Shown here piece by piece: positions 1 through 11,173 of a stretch of 50,872 nucleotides of DNA. This DNA is from Acidimicrobiia bacterium. GTDB lineage: Bacteria > Actinomycetota > Acidimicrobiia > IMCC26256 > PALSA-610. The translations under genes and the position numbers were made by a program. The notes below the pieces were generated by a model. It saw nothing but the letters and a program-made list of their open reading frames with translations, searched no databases and was not told where the DNA came from. Position 1 is the first letter of the stretch. Every line of letters starts with the position of its first letter. The DNA lies in the NCBI GenBank assembly GCA_036277635.1, contig DASUMP010000043.1, positions 1 to 50,872 on the forward strand, read 5' to 3'.

Positions 1-2385
<2,385 letters not shown>

Positions 2386-2389
<4 letters not shown>

Positions 2390-3534
2390 CCGCCTGCGGG
2401 TGCTTCCGGGCCGAGCAGGCCGCCCGGCATCGTGGTCGTGGTCTCACGACCGTCGCGGACGTCGGGGGTTCCCGGCGGCTCGACGCGGGGACCCTGCTCG
2501 TCGACGACCCACCGGCCGTAGCGCGGGTTCACGGTGACTTCGGCGTCGGTCAACCGCTCCTCGATGATCTCCGACAACGTCTCGTCGATGCGGGTGTTCG
2601 CCTCGTCGGCCGCGTCTTGCTGCAACTGCTCGATGACCCGATCGCGCATGACCTCGTACGACGGCAGCGCGTAGGGCGTCACGCGGATGACGTGCCAGCC
2701 GAACTCGGACTGCACGGGCCCGACCGGCTCACCGATGGGAGCCGCCATCGCGGCTTCCTCGAACGGGGCGACGAACTGGCCCTGGAGCAGGCACCCCAGC
2801 TGACCTCCCTGGGGCACCGAACCCTCGTCGGTCGAGAACTGACCCACGAGCGACGTGAAGTCTTCGCCGGCGGCGAGCCGTTCGAGGACCTCGTTCGCCT
2901 CGTCCTCGGTCTCGACGAGGATGTGGGCGACCTGCTTGTCGAGCGGACACTGAGCGCGCGACTCGGCGATCAGCTCGTCGTAGTACGCCCGCACTTCGGC
3001 TTCGGTCGGCTCGGTGGGCTCGGTCCCACCGGATTCGTCCTCCGCCAACGCGAGGGCACGGGCGTTGCGCTCGACGAACAGCGTCTGGAGCTCGGGGTCG
3101 AAGTAGTCGAACACGACGAGGGGATCCACGGTGTCGTCCGACTCGACCGAGGTGAAGAACGTCTCCATGCGCGTGCGCGCCCGCTCGCGGTGCGTGTCGT
3201 CGACCTTCAGCCCCCGTTCGTCGAACTCGGCGTCGATCACGAGTTGGTCGATCAAGGTGTCGAGCCACAGCGAGGCCAGCCGAGTGTCGGTGACTGCTCC
3301 CGAGTCAGCCGAGTCGGACACCGTGAAGTCGGCTTGGCGCAGCGCTTCGACGAACACCTCGTTCTCGAGCATGCGCTCGAGCTCGTCTTCGAGGTCGCGA
3401 CGCGAGATGCTCATGTCGTCGACGGTCGCGGCGTCTTCGAGCGTGTCCGAACAGGCGGCAGCCACCACGACGAGCGCGAGGAGGAGGCTGAACGACGCGA
3501 ACAGGGAGCGGGTGCGGGAGCGAATCGGCGTCAT
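2386..3534 (-). CDS. Parvulin-type peptidyl-prolyl isomerase, lipoprotein (SurA/PrsA-like)
   Basis: Only the C-terminal 382 aa of the 991-aa track ORF are real. MTPIRSRTRSLFASFSLLLALVVVAAAC is a signal peptide plus lipobox. The rotamase core is VAHILVETEDEANEVL...GQLGCLLQGQFVAPFEEAA...SEFGWHVIRV. ATG at 3534 overlaps the mfd stop (ATGA). Confidence 0.85.
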
Positions 3535-6500
3535 GGCGTGGCGGATCGTATCGGCGGAGAAGCGTCGGTCTCGGACGCCTCGGGCGTACGGGGCGCGATC
3601 GCGCCGAGCAGCGCCCGCAACGCCTCCAGCAACACGACGCCGCCTGCCGGTCCGCCACCCACACTCCCGAGGGGGACGACGACGGCGTCGGCGGTGACGG
3701 TGGCGCGCGGCGCGACCTGCTGGAGCCGCACCTCCTGGCTCTTGCGCAGCTCGAGACCCTCGAAGCGCACCAGCTGCTTCTGCACCGACACGGCCCGGAT
3801 CCCGAGCCGGACGCAGTCGGCGCGCAGGCGCGCCACCTCCAGCAGCGCCTCCGCGGGGGCGGGCGGCGGTCCGTACCGGTCGATCCATTCGTCGCGCACG
3901 TCGTCGACGTCGGCCGGGGTCGTGACCGCGGCGAGCCGGCGGTACGCCTCCATGCGCACGTCGTCGCGCCCGATGTAGTCGCGCGGGAGGTGGGCGGTCA
4001 CCGGGACGTCGATCTGCACCTCGACGGGCGCTTCGCGCGTCCGGCCCGTGAGCTCGTCGACGGCTTGGGTCACCATCTCCATGTAGAGGTCGAAGCCGAC
4101 GGCGGCGATGTGCCCGGACTGCTCGGCACCGAGCAGGTTGCCGGCGCCGCGGATCTCGAGGTCGCGCATGGCGATCTTGAAGCCACTGCCGAGATCTGTG
4201 AACTCGCCGATCGTCTTGAGTCGTTCGTACGCCTCGTCGGTGAGCTTCCGGTCGGGGGGATACAACAGGTACGCGTAGGCGCGCTGGCCGCGGCGACCGA
4301 CGCGGCCGCGCAGCTGGTAGAGCTGCGACAGGCCGAGCGCGTCGGCGCGATCGACAACGAGCGTGTTCACCGTCGGCATGTCGAGCCCGCTCTCGACGAT
4401 CGTGGTGCAGACCAACACGTCGTGCTCGCGCTCCCAGAACGACGTCACCACTTGCTCGAGACGGTTCTCGTCCATCTGCCCGTGCGCGACGGCGACACGC
4501 GCTTCGGGCACGAGGTCGCGAACGTCGGCGGCGACGTGCTGGATGTCGTGCACGCGGTTGTGCACGTAGAGCACCTGGCCTTCGCGCAACAGCTCGCGCC
4601 GGATCGCCTCGGTGACCGCGCGCGGGTCGTACTCGCCGACGTAGGTGAGGATCGGTTGCCGATCCTCGGGCGGCGTGTTCACGAGTGAGAGGTCGCGGAT
4701 GCCGGTGAGTGACAACTCGAGGGTGCGCGGGATCGGGGTGGCGCTGAGCGTGAGCACGTCGACGCTCTCGCGCATGTACTTGATGCGCTCCTTGTGCTGC
4801 ACGCCGAAGCGTTGCTCCTCGTCGACAACGAGGAGACCGAGCTGCTTGAAGCGGATGTCGTCGGAGAGCAGTCGGTGCGTCCCGATCACGATGTCGACCG
4901 AACCGTCGCGGAGCCCGGCGACCACGTCGGCCTGCTCCTTCGGCGACAAGAACCGCGAGAGCGTCTCGACCCGCACGGGATAGGCGGCGAACCGCTCCCG
5001 GAACGTGGAGCCGTGCTGGCTCGCGAGCAGCGTCGTGGGCACGAGCACCGCGACCTGGCGGCCGTCGAACACGGCTTTCGCGGCGGCCCGCAGTGCGACT
5101 TCGGTCTTGCCGAAGCCCACGTCGCCGCACACGAGCCGGTCCATCGGGACCGGCCGCTCCATGTCGGCCTTCGTGTCCTCGATCGCGCGCAACTGGTCGG
5201 GCGTCTCCTCGTAGGGGAACGCCTCTTCGACCTGGTGCTGGAACGGTGTGTCCTCGGCGAAGGCGTGCCCCGGCGTCGCGAGTCGCTTGCGGTACAAGAT
5301 GACGAGCTCGGCCGCGATGTCGCGCACCGCGCGCCGCACGCGCGCACGCGCCTTCTCCCACTCGGCGCCGCCCATCTTCGAGAGCTTCGGGGCTTCGCCG
5401 CCCGTGTACTTGCGCAGCAGCCCGATGTCCTCGGAGTCGACGTAGACCCGGTCACTCCCGCGGAACTCCACGACGAGCCGGTCGCGGGTGACGCCGAACA
5501 TCTCGCGCGTCTCCATACCGAGGTAGCGCCCGATGCCGTGCACCCGGTGCACGACGTAATCGTTCGGTGCCAACCCTTCGTAGTGGTCGACGCCCTTGCG
5601 CGCCCCGCGAGCGCGCCGGTGCACCCGGCGACGCCCGGTGAGATCGGCTTCGGCCACGAGCGCGATCCCGGCACTCGACACGACCGCGCCGCGATCGATG
5701 GCGGCGACCACGACGTGCACACCACCGCCGGACAGCGCCGCGCTCTGGTCGTCGACGGCGTCGAGACGGTCGGCGACGACGCCTTCTTCGGCGAGAATCT
5801 GCGTGATGCGGTTCGCGGAACCCGCTCCTTCGGCGGCCACGAACACCGCGACGCCCTCGGCGCGCAGCCGCTGCAGTCGCAGCGCGAGCGCTTCGCTGTC
5901 GCCGACGACGGGGTCGAACGCGCTAGCCGCGAGCAACGGCGTCGACGGCTGGTCGGCCGACGCGAGGACGAACGTCGTGCCCGCGCGCGTGTGCGCCAAC
6001 AAGCGATCGAACGGCAGCGAGAGGCGCGGCGGCTCCCGCGGCGAGTCGTCGGTGCCGACGTCCCACGTCTTCGCGAGCACCGAGCCGAGCGCGGCCTCTT
6101 CGTCGAGCAGCTCGGCGGCGCGATCGCGCAGGCGGCGGGGCTCGACCAACGCGACCAGCGCGTCCGCGGGTAGGAGGTCGGACAGCAGGTGCTCGTCGGG
6201 GCACAGCCAGGGCAGCCACGACTCCATGCCGTCGAAGGTGGCGCCCTGGGCGAGTCGCTCCCAGTGCTCGCGGCCCCACGGTTCCTGCTGCAAGAGCAGC
6301 TCGGCGCGCTCGCGCACCTCCGCGGTGGGCAGCAGCTCGCGTGCCGGGAAGATCCACACGTCGTCGAGGTCGGTGGTCGACCGCTGGTCGGCGACGGAGA
6401 ACTGCGACAGCCGGTCGACCTCGTCGCCCCACAGGTCGATGCGCACCGGGTGGTCAGCGCTCGCCGGATACACGTCGACGATCGATCCGCGCACGGCGAG

Positions 6501-7028
6501 CTCACCCCGGGCCTCGACCTGGAACTCACGCCGGTACCCGGCTCCCACCAGCCGCTCGACGAGCTCGTCGCGATCGACGCGGTCGCCGGGCCGCACGACG
6601 ATCGGTTCGACCGCCTCGACGTGCGGACCGAGACGCTGCACCAGCGCGCGCACGGGCGCGACGACGACGGTGGGGAGGTGCTCGCCGCCGACGCGCAGAC
6701 GCCACATGACGCGCAGCCGGCGTCCCATCGTCTCGAGCGCGGGCGACACCCGCTCGAACGGCAGTGTCTCCCACGCCGGGAACAGCTCGACCGCGTCGTC
6801 GCCCAAGAACGCGCGCAGATCGTGCGCGACGCGCTCGGCTTCGGCCGCGGTCGGCACGGCGAGGAGCACCGGCCGCCGGACGCCGACGCGGGCGCACGTC
6901 GCCACGAACAGCGCCCGCGCGGCCTCGGGCACCGCGACCGTGTTCCCGGCGCCGGCGGTCGCGGCGCGCACGACGTCGTCGGACGCGAGGACCGTCGCGA
7001 GACCGGCGAGGGGCGCGCCGACGCTCAC
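3531..7028 (-). CDS. mfd: Transcription-repair coupling factor Mfd
   Basis: About 1165 aa with helicase motifs (LVCGDVGFGKTEVALRAA, LLVVDEEQRFGV, TLSATPIPRTL, QLYQLRGRVGR). Start placed at the GTG at 7028, which overlaps the pth stop (GTGA). The track ORF extends to 7076. Confidence 0.93.
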   Translation of the reverse strand: MSVGAPLAGLATVLASDDVVRAATAGAGNTVAVPEAARALFVATCARVGVRRPVLLAVPTAAEAERVAHDLRAFLGDDAVELFPAWETLPFERVSPALETMGRRLRVMWRLRVGGEHLPTVVVAPVRALVQRLGPHVEAVEPIVVRPGDRVDRDELVERLVGAGYRREFQVEARGELAVRGSIVDVYPASADHPVRIDLWGDEVDRLSQFSVADQRSTTDLDDVWIFPARELLPTAEVRERAELLLQQEPWGREHWERLAQGATFDGMESWLPWLCPDEHLLSDLLPADALVALVEPRRLRDRAAELLDEEAALGSVLAKTWDVGTDDSPREPPRLSLPFDRLLAHTRAGTTFVLASADQPSTPLLAASAFDPVVGDSEALALRLQRLRAEGVAVFVAAEGAGSANRITQILAEEGVVADRLDAVDDQSAALSGGGVHVVVAAIDRGAVVSSAGIALVAEADLTGRRRVHRRARGARKGVDHYEGLAPNDYVVHRVHGIGRYLGMETREMFGVTRDRLVVEFRGSDRVYVDSEDIGLLRKYTGGEAPKLSKMGGAEWEKARARVRRAVRDIAAELVILYRKRLATPGHAFAEDTPFQHQVEEAFPYEETPDQLRAIEDTKADMERPVPMDRLVCGDVGFGKTEVALRAAAKAVFDGRQVAVLVPTTLLASQHGSTFRERFAAYPVRVETLSRFLSPKEQADVVAGLRDGSVDIVIGTHRLLSDDIRFKQLGLLVVDEEQRFGVQHKERIKYMRESVDVLTLSATPIPRTLELSLTGIRDLSLVNTPPEDRQPILTYVGEYDPRAVTEAIRRELLREGQVLYVHNRVHDIQHVAADVRDLVPEARVAVAHGQMDENRLEQVVTSFWEREHDVLVCTTIVESGLDMPTVNTLVVDRADALGLSQLYQLRGRVGRRGQRAYAYLLYPPDRKLTDEAYERLKTIGEFTDLGSGFKIAMRDLEIRGAGNLLGAEQSGHIAAVGFDLYMEMVTQAVDELTGRTREAPVEVQIDVPVTAHLPRDYIGRDDVRMEAYRRLAAVTTPADVDDVRDEWIDRYGPPPAPAEALLEVARLRADCVRLGIRAVSVQKQLVRFEGLELRKSQEVRLQQVAPRATVTADAVVVPLGSVGGGPAGGVVLLEALRALLGAIAPRTPEASETDASPPIRSATP

Positions 7029-7630
7029 CCGTTGAACCGGTTCATCGCGACGTCGACGCCGTCGGCGAGGATGCACTCGACCGCATCGGCGGCCCGCTCC
7101 ACCGCGACGTCGATCTCGGTGCGCTCCCGCTTCGAGAAGGCCGAGAGCACGTGGTCGGCGCCGCGCTCCTTCGACACCGGCTTGCCCACCCCGATGCGCA
7201 CGCGCACGAAAGCGTCGGTGTGGAGGTGCGCCTTGATCGACCGCAAGCCGTTGTGGCCGGCGAGCCCGCCCCCCACCTTCACGCGCAGCACGCCGACGGG
7301 GAGATCGAGCTCGTCGTGCACGATCACGACGCGATCGGCGTCGACGCCGTGGCGACGCGCGAGTCCCTGCACCGCGGCGCCCGACTCGTTCATGTAGGTG
7401 AGCGGTCGCGCGAGAGCGACACGGCGCTCGCCGATGCGCACCTCGTCGGCGAGCGCGCGCTCCTTCGCCCTGCGCAGGCGACCGCCGTGACGCGCCGCGA
7501 GCACGTCGACGACCTCGAACCCGACGTTGTGGCGCGTGCGCGCGTACTCGTCGCCGGGATTGCCGAGCCCGACGACGAGCAGGTCGGCCGGTGTGCCGGT
7601 GCGCTCGCCGCGGCGATCACGCCGCAGCAC
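7025..7630 (-). CDS. pth: Peptidyl-tRNA hydrolase
   Basis: 201 aa; LLVVGLGNPGDEYARTRHNVGFEVVDVLA and HNGLRSI motifs. Confidence 0.93.
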   Translation of the reverse strand: MLRRDRRGERTGTPADLLVVGLGNPGDEYARTRHNVGFEVVDVLAARHGGRLRRAKERALADEVRIGERRVALARPLTYMNESGAAVQGLARRHGVDADRVVIVHDELDLPVGVLRVKVGGGLAGHNGLRSIKAHLHTDAFVRVRIGVGKPVSKERGADHVLSAFSKRERTEIDVAVERAADAVECILADGVDVAMNRFNG

Positions 7631-7633
7631 GCA

Positions 7634-8287
7634 TCACCCTTCGGACTCGCCGCCCTCGTCGGTGGCGGCGCCGCCCTCGGCGGCCTCGCCTTCCGCGGCC
7701 TCGCCCTCGGCGGCCTCGCCCTCCGCGGCCATCGCGCGCGGGATCGAGACCGCGGCGACGACCTCGTCGGCCTCTTGCAGCACGGTGACGCCAGCGGGGA
7801 TCGCGAGGTCGCGGACGTGCACCTGGTCGCCGACCTCGAGCGCGCTGATGTCGTGCTCGATCACGTTGGGCAGGTCGCCCGGCTTCGCTTCGATCGACAG
7901 CGTGAAGATCTGCTGCTCGAGCATGCCGCCCATGTTCACGCCCTCGGCGGTGCCGACGAGCGAGAGCGGGATCTCGGCGGTGACCGTCTCGTCGGCGCTG
8001 ATGCGGATGAAGTCGACGTGCACCACGTCGCCGCGGATCGGGTCGCGCTGGATCTGGCGGGCGAGCGTGAGCTGGCCGGCACCGTCGACCTGCAGCGTGA
8101 TCAGCGTGTTCGCGCCCGCCGCCCCCGACAAGATGTGCTGGAGGTCTCGCGCGTCGACCGCGACGGCCACCGGGTCGTCGCCGCGCCCGTAGACCACGGC
8201 CGGCACCCGCCCGGCCCGGCGCAGCCGCCCGGCGGGACGGCTCCCCCGCTCGGGGCGGAGCTCGGCGTTGAGTACTGCGTCTGACAT
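7634..8287 (-). CDS. rplY: 50S ribosomal protein L25 / general stress protein Ctc, with an acidic (AEGEA)n C-terminal tail
   Basis: MSDAVLNAELRPERGSRPAGRLRRAGRVPAVVYGRG... is a typical L25/Ctc N-terminus. ATG at 8287; an in-frame GTG at 8296 is an alternative start. Confidence 0.9.
   Translation of the reverse strand: MSDAVLNAELRPERGSRPAGRLRRAGRVPAVVYGRGDDPVAVAVDARDLQHILSGAAGANTLITLQVDGAGQLTLARQIQRDPIRGDVVHVDFIRISADETVTAEIPLSLVGTAEGVNMGGMLEQQIFTLSIEAKPGDLPNVIEHDISALEVGDQVHVRDLAIPAGVTVLQEADEVVAAVSIPRAMAAEGEAAEGEAAEGEAAEGGAATDEGGESEG
7676..7730. repeat. About 3.7 tandem copies of a 15-nt unit (CTCGGCGGCCTCGCC) inside the rplY 3' end
   Basis: Read directly: ctcggcggcctcgcc / ttccgcggcctcgcc / ctcggcggcctcgcc / ctccgcggcc. 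On the minus strand this encodes AEGEAAEGEAAEGEAAEG. Confidence 0.85.
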
Positions 8288-8364
8288 GGCGCGCACGACC
8301 CTCGGGTCAGAGAAACGGAGCGCACCATTCTGCCGGGTCGGGCCCCCGGACCGCTACCCCGCCC

Positions 8365-8409
8365 GGTTCCGACGTTTCCGACGGCTCCGACCGTTCTGAC
8401 GGTTCAGAC
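8365..8409. repeat. Five tandem 9-nt units (consensus GGTTCCGAC on plus; GTCGGAACC on minus) in the prs-rplY spacer
   Basis: ggttccgac gtttccgac ggctccgac cgttctgac ggttcagac, read directly. The last unit overlaps the prs stop codon (8404-8406). Confidence 0.8.
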
Positions 8410-9372
8410 GTTGTCGCCGTCGAAGAGCTCGCTCACCGAGCCCTCGGTGAAGACCGCGCCGATCGCCTCGGCGATGAGCGGAGCGATCGAGAGCACCCGC
8501 AGGTTGTCGAACCACTTCTCGCTCGGGATCGGCAGCGTGTTCGTGACGACGACCTCGCGGATCGGGGCGTTCTTCAGGCGGTCGACGGCCGGGCCCGACA
8601 ACAGACCGTGGGTGGCGACGACGAAGACGTCGACCGCTCCCCGGTCGACCAGCAGGTTCGCGGCGCTCACGACCGTGCTCGCGGTGTCGATCATGTCGTC
8701 GACGAGCACGCAGATGCGGCCCTCGACGTCGCCGACGACCTCGGTCGCTTCGGCGACGTTGTGCGTGCCCCGCGGCCGGCGCTTGTCGATGAACGCGAGG
8801 TCGGCGTCGAGCTGGTGCGCGTAGCGGCGGGCGAGCTTGCCGCCGCCCGCGTCGGGCGACACGACGACGAGCTCGCCGTCGACGTTGGAGCGGATGTGCT
8901 CGGACAGCACCGGCACCGCGGTGAGGTGATCGACGGGGAAGTCGAAGAAGCCCTGGATCTGCCCGGTGTGCAGGTCGACGGTGACGACACGGTCGGCGCC
9001 CGCGCACGTGAGCATGTCGGCGACGAGACGCGCGGTGATCGGCTCTCGCCCTTCGGCTTTGCGGTCTTGGCGCGCGTAGCCGTAGAAGGGGCAGACCGCG
9101 GTGATGCGCTTCGCCGACGCGCGCTTCGCGGCGTCGAGCATGATCAACTGCTCCATCAAGCGATCGTTGATGGGATCGCAGTGCGACTGGAACACGAACA
9201 CGTCGGCGCCGCGGATGCTCTCGCCGTAGCGGCAGTAGATCTCGCCGTTCGAGAACGTGGAGAGGACGACTTCGCCGAGCGGCAACGACAGGTGCTCGGC
9301 GACCTCGGTCGAGAGCTCCTCGTGGCCACGCCCGGCGACGAGGATCAAGTGCTTCTTGGTGACCAGCTCCAC
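8404..9372 (-). CDS. prs: Ribose-phosphate pyrophosphokinase
   Basis: KKHLILVAGRGHEELSTEVAEHL..., ITAVCPFYGYARQDRK and VLVDDMIDTASTV motifs. Start set to the GTG at 9372, preceded by GGGAGG about 5 nt upstream. The track ORF extends to 9420 and would overlap glmU by 23 nt. Confidence 0.9.
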   Translation of the reverse strand: MELVTKKHLILVAGRGHEELSTEVAEHLSLPLGEVVLSTFSNGEIYCRYGESIRGADVFVFQSHCDPINDRLMEQLIMLDAAKRASAKRITAVCPFYGYARQDRKAEGREPITARLVADMLTCAGADRVVTVDLHTGQIQGFFDFPVDHLTAVPVLSEHIRSNVDGELVVVSPDAGGGKLARRYAHQLDADLAFIDKRRPRGTHNVAEATEVVGDVEGRICVLVDDMIDTASTVVSAANLLVDRGAVDVFVVATHGLLSGPAVDRLKNAPIREVVVTNTLPIPSEKWFDNLRVLSIAPLIAEAIGAVFTEGSVSELFDGDNV

Positions 9373-9397
9373 CGTGCCTCCCGGGCGTCGCCGGCGG

Positions 9398-10822
9398 TCA
9401 GCTCGCTCCGCCGTCGCCATCCTCGCGCACCGGCAGGTGCGACGGCCCCGCGTCGCGCGCCGGGACGCCCTTCACCAGCGTGTTCGGCGGCACGTCGTTG
9501 GTGACGACCGAGCCGGCGCCGGTCTCGACGCCGTCGCCGAGCTCGACCGGCGCCCGCAACGACGTGTGGATCCCGGTGTGGACCCCACGCCCGATGCGGG
9601 TGCGGTGCTTGTCGGTCCCGTCGTAGTTCGCGGTGATCGTGCTCGCCCCGAGGTTCGTGCCCGGCCCGACGTCGGCGTCGCCGATGTAGGAGAGGTGCGG
9701 CACCTTGGTGCCGTCGCCGATGTCGGCGTTCTTCGTCTCCACGAACGTGCCGATCTTGGCGCCCGCGCCGAGGCGGGTGCCGGGGCGCACGTACGCGAAC
9801 GGGCCGACCGACGCGTCGTCGCCGATCTCGGCGTCGAGCACGACTGAGAACGAGATCGTGGCGCGCTCGCCGATCACCGCGTCGGAGAGCCGCGTGTTCG
9901 GACCGATCACCGAGCCCGTGCCGACCGCGGTGCGCCCCTCGATCGCCGTGCCCGGCAGCACGCGCACGTCGGGGTCGAGGACCGCCGACGCGTCGATGTA
10001 GGTGGTGGCGGGATCGACGAGCGTGACGCCTTCGCGCATCCAGCGCCGGTTGATGCGGGCGCGCAGCTCCTGCTCGGCGGCGGCCAGCTCGGCCCGGTCG
10101 TTCACCATGATCGCCTCGCCCGGATCGTCGGCCGAGCGCGCGATCACCTTGTGGCCGGCGCCGCGCAACACCTCGATCGCGTCGGTGAGGTAGTACTCCC
10201 CCTGCGCGTTCTCGGGACTCAAGCGGCGAAGCGCGGGCGCGAGCAACGTGCGGCGGAAGCAGTAGATCGACGTGTTCACCTCGTGCACCGCGCGCTCGTC
10301 GTCGGTGGCGTCGACGTGCTCGACGACGCGCGACACCTCGCCGTGCTTGTCGCGCAGCACTCGGCCGAGGCCCGTCGGGTCGGGCACGGTCGCGGTGAGG
10401 ATCGCGGCCGCCGCGTCGGTGAGACGGTGCTCCGTCGCGAGGTGCGCCAACGTCTCGGCCCGCACGAGCGGAGCATCGCCCGGCAGCACCAGGAGGTCGT
10501 CTTCGGCGTCGAGGTCGTCGAACCCCGCCGCCGTGAGCGCGACGCTGACCGCGTCGCCGGTGCCGCGCTGGACGCGCTGCTCGACGAACTCGACGGGCAC
10601 CTCGGTGGCGAGCTGGTCCTGGACCGTCTTCGTGACGCGCTCGGCGCCGTGGCCGACGACGATCACGATGCGTTGGAGCGGGAGCTCGGCGAGCGCGTCG
10701 ACCACGTGGAGCAACATCGCTCGACCGCACAGCGGGTGGAGCACCTTCGGGGTGTCCGATCGCATCCGCGTGCCCTCGCCCGCGGCGAGGATCACGGCGG
10801 ACAACGGTCGGTAGTGGCTCAT
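9398..10822 (-). CDS. glmU: Bifunctional UDP-N-acetylglucosamine pyrophosphorylase / glucosamine-1-phosphate N-acetyltransferase
   Basis: MSHYRPLSAVILAAGEGTRMRSDTPKVLHPLCGRAML..., plus C-terminal left-handed beta-helix hexapeptide repeats. ATG at 10822. Confidence 0.93.
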   Translation of the reverse strand: MSHYRPLSAVILAAGEGTRMRSDTPKVLHPLCGRAMLLHVVDALAELPLQRIVIVVGHGAERVTKTVQDQLATEVPVEFVEQRVQRGTGDAVSVALTAAGFDDLDAEDDLLVLPGDAPLVRAETLAHLATEHRLTDAAAAILTATVPDPTGLGRVLRDKHGEVSRVVEHVDATDDERAVHEVNTSIYCFRRTLLAPALRRLSPENAQGEYYLTDAIEVLRGAGHKVIARSADDPGEAIMVNDRAELAAAEQELRARINRRWMREGVTLVDPATTYIDASAVLDPDVRVLPGTAIEGRTAVGTGSVIGPNTRLSDAVIGERATISFSVVLDAEIGDDASVGPFAYVRPGTRLGAGAKIGTFVETKNADIGDGTKVPHLSYIGDADVGPGTNLGASTITANYDGTDKHRTRIGRGVHTGIHTSLRAPVELGDGVETGAGSVVTNDVPPNTLVKGVPARDAGPSHLPVREDGDGGAS

Positions 10823-10852
10823 GGACGGTTCCTCACGGTCGTCGACCGGTCG

Positions 10853-10924
10853 CTCGGGGGCGAGGGTTCGAACCTCGACTTGGGACTCCAAAGGACCCAG
10901 TGCTGCCTGTTACACCACCCCCGA
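10853..10924 (-). tRNA. tRNA-Gln (anticodon TTG)
   Basis: Folded by hand. Acceptor stem TCGGGGG/CCCCCGA gives U1:A72, typical of bacterial tRNA-Gln. Anticodon loop CTTTGGA. T-arm CGAGG-TTCGAAC-CCTCG. Discriminator G. No encoded CCA. One T:T mismatch in the anticodon stem. Confidence 0.85.
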
Positions 10925-10999
10925 TCCCCACCCGGACGATACCGGCGGGCGGGGCCGATTTCGTCGAGGACGCGGCCGCCGACTACGTTCGTGCGCGCC

Positions 11000-11101
11000 A
11001 TGGGCTCCCTGATCAAGAAGCGCCGCAAGCGGATGCGCAAGAAGAAGCACAAGAAGCTGCTGAAGCGCACCCGTTGGCAGCGTCGCCAACAGGGCAAGTA
11101 G
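11000..11101 (+). CDS. 30S ribosomal protein bS22 (Actinobacteria-specific 33-aa basic micro-protein)
   Basis: [33 protein letters not shown] closely resembles the mycobacterial bS22 sequence as I remember it ([25 protein letters not shown]...). It is hidden at the end of a long shadow ORF (10151..11101). Confidence 0.8.
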   Translation: [33 protein letters not shown]

Positions 11102-11115
11102 CCCGGATCTCCTCG

Positions 11116-11141
11116 CACGGCCGCCCGCTCGGGCGGCCGTG
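11116..11141. terminator. Strong GC hairpin between convergent bS22 and ispE (bidirectional terminator candidate)
   Basis: CACGGCCGCCC-gctc-GGGCGGCCGTG: a perfect 11-bp stem with a 4-nt loop. No clear U-tract, which is common in high-GC actinobacteria. Confidence 0.6.
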
Positions 11142-11173
11142 TCGCGTGTGCGGAGATCGGGATCAGCTCGGGA

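Noticed and set aside
8365-8409. CRISPR array or other spaced repeat arrays (also the repeats at 7676-7730 and 17996-18026).
   Set aside because: The units are 9-15 nt, directly abutting, with no spacers and only 2-5 copies. No cas genes are present. These are simple tandem repeats.
10888-10892. The T:T mismatch in the anticodon stem of tRNA-Gln as a sign of a pseudo-tRNA.
   Set aside because: The acceptor, T-arm and D-arm and the U1:A72 identity pair are all intact, and the gene sits in the expected glmU-adjacent position. A single mismatch is tolerable.
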